Part shown: positions 26,636 through 34,589 of the stretch, piece by piece
Layout of the letters: each line of letters opens with the position of its first letter
Position numbering within the stretch: the stretch's first letter is position 1
Source of the DNA: Terriglobia bacterium
GTDB taxonomy: Bacteria; Acidobacteriota; Terriglobia; Acidiferrales; UBA7541
Direction: 5' to 3'
Length of the DNA stretch: 64,000 bases
NCBI GenBank assembly: GCA_963695545.1
Contig: OY968796.1
Location: 3,392,001-3,456,000 of the forward strand
The notes under the pieces: model-generated
The model's database searches: none
What the model was told of the DNA's origin: nothing
What the model saw: the letters and a program-made list of their open reading frames with translations, nothing else
Made by a program: the position numbers and the translations under genes

Positions 26636-26971
26636 TCACGCGCCCGACGCGATCCGGTATTCCCATTTTCCCGGTGGGCAGAGTTTTGTCCTCGCCGCGG
26701 TCTCTTCGCTGTCGCGGCGCCGCTTCGACACGCGGAATCCGCCGAACATCGGCTTGCGCAGATGCCGCAGTTGCGCCGAGATCGAGGCCTCGCCGTAGCC
26801 CGTGATTCGCGAGAGCTCTGTCAACGTCAACCAGGCGCCGCACTCCGCGGCTGACTGCATGACGTCGCGCACGAATTCCAGCTGCGTGCGCGTGCTCTCC
26901 CGATCGTAAAGCCGCCGCCAACTGGGATAACCGGCTATGCGTTGAATAACTTGCAGGCTGATGTGTTGCAT
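26636..26971 (-). CDS. Winged-HTH DNA-binding protein
   Basis: WLTLTELSRITGYGEASISAQLRHLRKPMFGG...WEYRI. Confidence 0.7.
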   Translation of the reverse strand: MQHISLQVIQRIAGYPSWRRLYDRESTRTQLEFVRDVMQSAAECGAWLTLTELSRITGYGEASISAQLRHLRKPMFGGFRVSKRRRDSEETAARTKLCPPGKWEYRIASGA

Positions 26972-27428
26972 GTCGCCCCCTTTTCGATACCCGACCGAAT
27001 ACGGCCGCATTGCGTCCGATAACGTTTCGTGATCCCACCGTACCGTAGCACTCTCGGCGCTTGCGTCCGCTAACGCCCGCACTCATCTCCCATCGTCCAT
27101 TACTCCTTATTTTTCCTAACGTTCACAGTTCCCGCCCGCCCGCGCGAGCCCGCCGCTCCCCGCGTATTTTCCACATCCCTCTCGAATATCTCCGCGCCTC
27201 CGGGTCCCTCGCCGGTCTTCGGATGGTCGTCAGTTTTCGCTTCCCGATCGGGCGCAGTCGTGTCAGGATTCTGGTAGTCGCCGGCACACCCGCTGCAGGC
27301 GTCCAGGACGCGGCTCTCGCCCGGCCTAGTAGTACTAGATCGTATCTTGTAACCCCTGTAATAAATAACTGTACTTCTACTACACGCTTAAGTAATAATT
27401 GGTATACGCTCACAAGGAGCCTAGGCCC

Positions 27429-27758
27429 ATGTCTCTAAAGCCATTCGATCCTCCGTGGGAATATCTTCGGCAAGCTTCCGCGACCTCTCTCCAAAGCTTC
27501 GAACTCTCGCGCTTGAATCACGCCGCCAACCTTCGGCACGAAATCGCCGCGCTGATGGATCAATGGCTCGAGGAGACCTCCCAAGCTATGCTCGCGCGCT
27601 GGCTTCTCGAAAATCGCGACCATGCGCGCGATACCCACACCGTCGAGACCGACGCAGAGACTCCATTGCCCGATTCCCTTCCCCCTGCGGCGATTCCCAA
27701 ATTGGTCCGCAGCGTTCGCGGCAAATCGCACGTCGCTCACGGCGGCGCGCTGCGCTGA
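27429..27758 (+). CDS. Hypothetical protein divergent from the early module
   Basis: AAGGAG RBS; AT-rich promoter-like region at 27325-27410. Confidence 0.55.
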   Translation: MSLKPFDPPWEYLRQASATSLQSFELSRLNHAANLRHEIAALMDQWLEETSQAMLARWLLENRDHARDTHTVETDAETPLPDSLPPAAIPKLVRSVRGKSHVAHGGALR

Positions 27759-27951
27759 AATTGGCCGCGCTTCAATCACGCGGATCGATTTCGTTCCCTT
27801 TTTTCCCGCGCGTTCGCTCCGCGCGTGATTCCCGTTGCCCCCCGCTTCAACCGAAAGAGCCATCGCCCGAATCGCCGCCGCAGTCGTCGCCGTCTCCGCC
27901 CCCGTCGTGGCCTCCGCAGTTGCTTTTGGTTCCTCGGCCGTTGTCATCCCC

Positions 27952-28179
27952 GCCGTCGTAGCCGTCTCTGCCATTGCCCTTGCTCCCTCTGCCGCGGCGT
28001 CCGGCGCATGCGTTTTCTCTCCAGCTGTTGTGACTTCCGCCACCATCGTCGCCTTCCTCGTCACCGCCGTCGTAGTCGTCCCTGCCATTGCCCTTGCTCC
28101 CTCTTCTGCGGCGTCCGGCGCATCCGTTTTCTCTCCAGCCGTTGGGACTTCCGCCATCATCGCCGCCTTCCTCGTCACC
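27952..28179. repeat. 114-bp imperfect tandem duplication in a low-complexity pyrimidine-rich tract
   Basis: GCCATTGCCCTTGCTCCCTCT...CCTCGTCACCG at 27970 and 28084; further partial copies to ~28320. Confidence 0.8.
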
Positions 28180-29484
28180 GGCGTCGCCCTCTCGGCCGTT
28201 GGAGTCCTATCCCGAGGTGCTTTGGCGTCCGCCGTCATCGCCGCCTTCCTCGCCACCGCCGTCGTCGTCTCGGCTCTTGTAGTCCTTGCCGGAGATGCTT
28301 GGCGTCCGCCGTCATCCCCAGTTTCGTCGGCGCTTCGCCTTCGTGGAGGTTTCCACCGTCAGCTCTAATTCCGTGGCCGTCGTTGCTATCGCCACCGCCG
28401 TACTTTTTCCGCGCCGTTGTTTTCTTCCTGCCAATCGACGTCCCGTTTTGTTTTGGCCACTTCGCTTTCGTTGCCGTCTTCGTTGTCATCGCCGTTTGCG
28501 CGACGATCTTTGACGTCCGCGCGTTCTTATATTTCCCGGTCGTCGTTCTCTTCTCGCTGATGGCGCCCCCCCGCCTTCGTTGTCGCCTCACGAGCGCCGC
28601 GATCTCCTCAGGCATCTCACTTTGTGAGCCGTCCGCGCCGATTTCTCGTGGCGTTCTCAATCCTGCCGGCTTCGTGGCCTGTCACCGCCGCGTTAGCTCC
28701 TCCGCCACCCCTATCTCAGCTTGACCTCGCGTCCGCCTTCGTTCACTCCCGCGCGTATGCCGTCGCTTCCGAAATCCGTCTCGCCCGCCGCAAATGCCTC
28801 CCTCCACAATCTTCTTCCCAAGATTCCTCCGATCACGCCCTCACCATTCCTTCCGTCCAGACCACCCTCGTCGCCGCCCCACCTCGAAACCTCAAACACC
28901 GCGTCCATCCGCTGCGTAAACTTCATCTCTTATATCGTCTGGGAGTTCGAGAGCGTGGGTGGGGCGAGTGAAACGTGGGTGTATCATTTGAGGTGACGCA
29001 GGGGATTGCGACAGGAATGAAATCAGTTGGGACGCGAATTGCGTAGCAGCTGAAAGCAACTGGAGAAACGTCCGATCGCGGAGGCAGGCGAGCGAGAACG
29101 AGAAATCGTGGAAGTCGATCGAAAAGCAAGTGAGGCGACTGCGAAATCAGTAAAGACGCTAGATGCGGCGTGAGAGCAAGAAGATCGGAAGCGAATTGCG
29201 TGGAGCGTGTGAGGCGCGGCCCCGGTATGCGATGGGCACGGGCAAAGGCGACGTGAGGTGTGGCGGAGAGCAACGGTGTGATTGGAGCGACGCTGAGCGC
29301 AGAAGAGTGCAAATCATCGGCGCGCCACGCGGTGGAACCAAAAGGAAGTTGTAAGAAATCGAGAAAGAATCTAAAAGAGATTTAACGAGCCCAGGAGAAG
29401 AAGCCGAAAGGGTTTTGGAGAACGTCGCGAAAGAATCGGAAAAGATTCGGACGGAAAATCGGGGATGAGAGGGCGGGACTGATC

Positions 29485-30942
29485 ATGGCGATGCGGAAAG
29501 AAAAAGATTCGCTGGGCGAGCGCGAGGTGCCAGCGGAGGCGTATTACGGGATTCAGACGCAGCGCGCGATCGAGAATTTTCCGATCAGCGGGCTGCGGGC
29601 GCATCCGGTGCTGATCCACGCGATGGGAATGATCAAGCAGGCCGCGGCGGAGGCTAACCGGGAGCTCGGCTTGCTCGACAAAAAGCGGGCGGACGCGATC
29701 ATCAAAGCCGCGCAAGAAGTGCAATCGGGCAAGCTGGACGATCAATTCCGCGTGGACGTTTATCAAGCGGGCGCGGGCGTGTCGTTCCACATGAACGCGA
29801 ACGAAGTGATCGCGAATCGCGCGATTGAAATTCTCGGCGGGAAGCGCGGCGACTACTCGGTGGTGAATCCGAACGATCACGTGAATTTCGGGCAATCGAC
29901 GAACGACGTTTTCCCAACAGCCATGCGGCTCGCAGCGGTGCTGCTGTTTGAGAGCGTGAAGGAATCGCTCGGCTTGCTCGAAGCCGCGTTCAGGCGCAAA
30001 GGCATACAGTTTGACCGCGTTTTGAAATCGGGGCGCACGCACATGATGGACGCGGTCCCCGTGCGGCTGGGCCAGGAATTCGCGGCGTACGCGACGGCGA
30101 TGCTGCGCGCGACGCTTGTACTGACGCAGGCGCAAGACCTGCTGCGCGAAGTCGGACTGGGCGGCTCGGCTGTGGGCACGGGAGTGAACACGCACCCGAG
30201 GTATCAGAAGCTCGCGGTGGCGAATTTGTCGCGCATCTCGGGACAGCCCTTGATGCCGACGGACGATCTGCGCTACGCGATGCAATCGAACCTCGCGATG
30301 TCGGTCGCCTCGTCGGCGCTGCGCAATCTGGCGCTCGAACTGATCCGCATCGCGAACGACCTGCGGCTGCTCTCGAGCGGGCCGAACACCGGCTTGGCCG
30401 AGATTGGCCTGAAGGCGCTGCAGCCCGGCTCGTCGATCATGCCGGGCAAGGTGAATCCGGTGCTTGCCGAACTCACGGCGATGGTCGGCTTCCAAGCGAT
30501 CGGCGCGGACGTCGCCACGGCGCTCGCGGTGCAAGCCGGGCAGCTCGATCTGAACGTGATGATGCCGGCGATGTCGTGGAACGTTTTGCACTCCGCCGAA
30601 ATCCTCAAGAACACCATGCGCGTGTTGGCCGAGCAGTGCGTCGACTCCATCACCGTGAACGAGGCGCGCTGCCGCTTCTACGCCAACGCCACGATCTCGC
30701 TCGCCGCCGCTCTGAATCCCTACATCGGTTACGCCGCTGCGGCCGAAATCGCGAAGGAAAGTGTGAAGACCGGACGCACCGTCACCGAGATCGCGCTCCA
30801 ACGCAATCTGCTCGATGAAGCTACGCTGCGCGAAATTCTCGATCCCATTCGCATGACGGAGCCCACGGCTCCGATTGAAACCGCGAAGAAGAAGACCCCG
30901 GCCGCCGCGCCGAAGGCTGCCCCGAAAAAGCGAAAGCGGTAA
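29485..30942 (+). CDS. aspA: Aspartate ammonia-lyase (fumarase/aspartase superfamily)
   Basis: GSSIMPGKVNP signature; GRTHMMDAVP; GQSTNDVFPT. Confidence 0.8.
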   Translation: MAMRKEKDSLGEREVPAEAYYGIQTQRAIENFPISGLRAHPVLIHAMGMIKQAAAEANRELGLLDKKRADAIIKAAQEVQSGKLDDQFRVDVYQAGAGVSFHMNANEVIANRAIEILGGKRGDYSVVNPNDHVNFGQSTNDVFPTAMRLAAVLLFESVKESLGLLEAAFRRKGIQFDRVLKSGRTHMMDAVPVRLGQEFAAYATAMLRATLVLTQAQDLLREVGLGGSAVGTGVNTHPRYQKLAVANLSRISGQPLMPTDDLRYAMQSNLAMSVASSALRNLALELIRIANDLRLLSSGPNTGLAEIGLKALQPGSSIMPGKVNPVLAELTAMVGFQAIGADVATALAVQAGQLDLNVMMPAMSWNVLHSAEILKNTMRVLAEQCVDSITVNEARCRFYANATISLAAALNPYIGYAAAAEIAKESVKTGRTVTEIALQRNLLDEATLREILDPIRMTEPTAPIETAKKKTPAAAPKAAPKKRKR

Positions 30943-31631
30943 TCGTCCGGTATTCGCTGGCCTCTCGGCACACGACGGCCAGGCTTCAGGCTGGAGCACT
31001 CGTCTTTCTGGTTGGCACCCCCCACCCCCGGTATCCAATTCATAAAATGCAGAAAGAACGGGACTTCCAGGAAAAGTGTGGCGTAGGAGTTTGGAATTGA
31101 TTGAAACGAAGGGGCTTGCGGGATTGTGCTTGTCCTGTGTTTTCAATAAGACGCACACTGCTTTCGAGGAGTGCGGAAAGTAGTGAAAATGTGGGGCTTG
31201 CTGGTGCGATTTTACTGCTGATTTTGGCGTTTGCGGGCAGGTCCTTCGACTCGCTTGACGTGCGGCTCGTGCGCCACGGCGGGCAGGCTCGGGACTCGCA
31301 TGGTTTGAAGCAATGTGCTCCGCGCAGACCGGGACCGGATGCTCGGCTGCGGCGGGCAGGACCGACATGAACGCGAAACTGTGGGGCGCGCGAGCGGTCG
31401 AGGATGGTTCTTCGAGGTTCATGTGCCAGCATACCGCGCATGATTACGCTAAGTCAATAGGTGTCTATGAGTTAGTATTCGAATACTTCTGATGTTGGAG
31501 CGATTCGTGCACAGCCCAACTTTTGCTACACAAAGCATGGGCCGCCCGCCAACTATCTCCTTTGATTCACTTGACAATTCCAGTAGGCTCCTCGTTTATG
31601 AGCCTGAACACTTTGCGCGGAGGTCTGCACT

Positions 31632-32514
31632 ATGGATGAAGCCAAGCGTAGCGCATGGGCGCAACTCTGGGATGCGTCGTGGTTCGGAATCGGGTTCGGT
31701 ATGGCTGTCGGGGCGTTTGGGTCACTTCTGTCTAACAAGTATCTAGCGATTGCCGGGTGGATCTTAATGGCGGTCGAAATATTTAGGCACGATCTGTTTC
31801 GCAAGGGTTTAACGGTCAGAATCATCGCGGGAATTTGTTTGAGCGTGATGATCGGTTTGGTTGGTGTGTTTGTCTGGCATTACTTACCGAAGCCCGAACC
31901 GCCGCTGACATTTCGGGAGGCTAAGGAAGCATTTGGGCAAACGAAATCAACGGAGGCAACTAATAAAAACGCGTCTCCTGCTGTGTCGAGTGACGAAAAA
32001 CCGGTAACCAAAACTGAATTGCAAGCGCTCGTTAAAGAATATCGAAAGGCCCCCGGGCGCTGATGGCTCCGCGCCGCCTTCCACATCGCCGAATGCCGCG
32101 CCGTCGAGTCCCGCAGCTGCCGCCGCTCCATCGGTCCTGCTGGCTCCAGATGTTCAGGCGTTGAAAACGCAAGCATTGTGCGAGGTCAAGTCGATCGACG
32201 ATTGGATTGCGGCGGTGTCGCCGAATCTGCCGGTCATGCCAAGTCCGCCAATCGCGCAACCCGGGTCGGGAGACGATCAGGCGACAATTGACGCGAAAGT
32301 GGTGAAGGCTAAGGCCTACGCGGAGATGCTAAATTCGCAGTGGCAGGCCGGATACTACGCGCAAGCCAACACTTTGGTTCGTGAATTGGGTATACACGGG
32401 CTTATTCTTGCATGCATTACGGGAGGGCCCGACGTCGATAATCCTGACAGTGTTCTGGGTCTGCACAAGACCTGCGCGAAGACCATCGAAGCGTATGCTG
32501 ATCGCCTTAATTGA
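31632..32514 (+). pseudogene. Frameshifted membrane protein, paralog of 23757-24797
   Basis: TM N-half (31632-32063) and C-domain (to 32514) joined by a +1 shift near GGCCCCCGGG at ~32049-32057. Confidence 0.6.
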
Positions 32515-32560
32515 TAAGGGATAGCCCGAGTATGTCATCGTGTCGCGTTGTGAGGGTTTA

Positions 32561-33247
32561 ATGTTTCTGACGGCTCTCGGCGCGTTCCTCGGCGCGCTGC
32601 TCTCGATTCTCGCGAGTGTTGCTATCGAATATCAGAGGAAACCGAAACTCCAATTCGTAATCGAACATCCGCCTCTTGACCGAACATTTTCGGAGGGCCC
32701 ACCAGTTAAGAGCGCGCGGTTTCTACGGGTTTTCGTCTCCAACAAACCGATACCGCAACTTTTCCGATGGTTGGGCCGGTCGGCTGCGTACCAATGCACA
32801 GGCGCTGTGCGGTTTTACCACCTAGATGACGCGGCGGAGGTTTTCTCCAGGCCGATGCCGGTCCGTTGGTCTAATTCTGACGAACCTATTTCAGTTCAGC
32901 TCTTGCCGGACAAGCAGATTGCACAAATCTTCGATCCGGCAAAATATAACGCCGCCTTCCGGCGCGATTGCTTTCCGGGCGCCCCTGAGCTGATCGACAT
33001 CGCTGCGAGATTCGAAAATGACGATGACTGTTATGGATGGTCAAACGAGTCGTACTTGGCAGATAAGGGTTGGCGTAATCCAGAATTTCGGCTCACAGCC
33101 GGTCGATATTTCGTGAAAGTCACAATCAACTCTTCTGGGGACAAGGTCTACGGCTTTTTCAAACTAGAAAATTCCGCCGCTTGGCAACATTTCAGATTGG
33201 TAGCGGCGTCGAAAGAGGAAGCGGCCAAACTGCGCGCACAGGACTAG
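32561..33247 (+). CDS. Hypothetical protein with N-terminal TM anchor
   Basis: MFLTALGAFLGALLSILASVAI; lower GC. Confidence 0.6.
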   Translation: MFLTALGAFLGALLSILASVAIEYQRKPKLQFVIEHPPLDRTFSEGPPVKSARFLRVFVSNKPIPQLFRWLGRSAAYQCTGAVRFYHLDDAAEVFSRPMPVRWSNSDEPISVQLLPDKQIAQIFDPAKYNAAFRRDCFPGAPELIDIAARFENDDDCYGWSNESYLADKGWRNPEFRLTAGRYFVKVTINSSGDKVYGFFKLENSAAWQHFRLVAASKEEAAKLRAQD

Positions 33248-33427
33248 GGGGGTGCCGCGGGATTCGTCCTTCGGGAAAATGGCGGAGTGGCGAGTGACGG
33301 GTGGTCAGTGGCGCGAAATGCAGGAGGGCCCGCCTTTGCTACGGATTCGCGTCACATGAACGCGAGCGAGGAATGCCTCGTGCCGGGACGACGGCGCGAA
33401 GCCTTCGTCTCTCACGCTAAGGCGGCG

Positions 33428-33459
33428 GAGAGGTCCCTCCGCTTCGGTCGGGATGACAG
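33428..33459. repeat. REP family C (...TCCCTC...CGGGATGAC)
   Basis: Related copies at ~34185-34214, 34225-34255, 34342-34393 and 34420-34455. Confidence 0.65.
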
Positions 33460-33538
33460 CGTTAAGGCAAAAGCGAAGACGGCAACGGTTCACCGCTCGA
33501 GAAAGAATGCGAGTAGACTCGCGCCAAGGTGAATTACG

Positions 33539-33937
33539 GTGAAAACAAAGCTGGTGGGGATTGCACTGAGCATCGTGTTCGTTGTGTGTGCGAGAGCGCA
33601 GGAACAGCCGGGAACGGAAACGAAGGAGCCGGATTCCCAGACTCAGAATGTGAACACGAACACAAAAACCAACACAACCGCTACAACTAATCCGCCCGTC
33701 GCGGCGAAGGGTGAGGGGCAGTGTTTGATCGTTGGTTCGGAACACAAGGGCAAGTGGGTCTACCGCGATTCCTACAATCTCGATCCACAGAACGTGGAAG
33801 TGAAATATACGCAGAGCGAGCTTGCGGATCTGATGAAAAGAAATGTTCATGTAATTATCCTGAATAAATTCAATTATGGAAATAAGCAAGAAACTAATGC
33901 GCGCATCGCGTGCCAAGGCCAGGTGCCACAGCGATAG
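33539..33937 (+). CDS. Secreted hypothetical protein
   Basis: Signal peptide MKTKLVGIALSIVFVVCARA. Confidence 0.6.
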   Translation: MKTKLVGIALSIVFVVCARAQEQPGTETKEPDSQTQNVNTNTKTNTTATTNPPVAAKGEGQCLIVGSEHKGKWVYRDSYNLDPQNVEVKYTQSELADLMKRNVHVIILNKFNYGNKQETNARIACQGQVPQR

Positions 33938-34275
33938 TGGAGATCGAAGTCCGGCGTCCGTAGAGTGACAACTTCAAAGCCCCTCGGCGTAAACCAAACG
34001 AAATCGTCGTATCCGCCAGAATGTCGCTCCGGTCTTCGACCTTCGCGACGGCCTTCGGCAGAGCAGTGCTGGCGCGAGTCTGTGTTCGTTACCCAGGGCT
34101 TACGCCCTGGGCTAAGCTGTGTCGCCCCTACGGGGCTCTCGCGGAGCGGGGAGTGCCTTGCGGCGACGGAGGACACCTACAGAGGGCTCCCTCGTCGCAG
34201 ACTCCTCGGGATGAGGGGCGATGGGACGTGCCCCTCAGCTTCGGTCGGGATGACAACGTTAGGGTAAAGGCAAAA

Positions 34276-34340
34276 GCGAACGGCAGAAGCGAACGGCAGA
34301 TGCGAACGGCAGAAGCGAACGGCAGATGCGAACGGCAGAA
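34276..34340. repeat. 13-bp tandem repeat x5 (GCGAACGGCAGA[A/T])
   Basis: Five units with the last base alternating A,T,A,T,A. Confidence 0.9.
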
Positions 34341-34589
34341 GCAGATCCCTCACCAGCGTTCGCCAGAGGCGGGCGACCGGGTTCGGGATGACAGCTTCAA
34401 GGCAAACGCAAAAGCGGCGGAGAGATCCCTCGTCGCTGCGCTCGCTCGGGATGGCGAGATCGGAAACGGGGCCACGGTGGAAACCTAGGACCGGGGCGGC
34501 ACGTCAATTACTGCGGAACTTCGTGGGCGCACTCCGTAGCATCACTTTACTTTGCAACAAAGTTCTTCCACCTCGGAAGGAATCCACCT

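Noticed and set aside
26972..29480. tRNA or att site marking a prophage boundary
   Set aside because: No tRNA cloverleaf, integrase or recognisable att repeat was seen
32515..32545. Possible IS1595-type terminal repeat (CCCGAGTATGTCATCG)
   Set aside because: No partner end or transposase identified; too weak to call
34276..34340. 13-bp tandem as CRISPR or iterons
   Set aside because: No spacers and no adjacent rep gene
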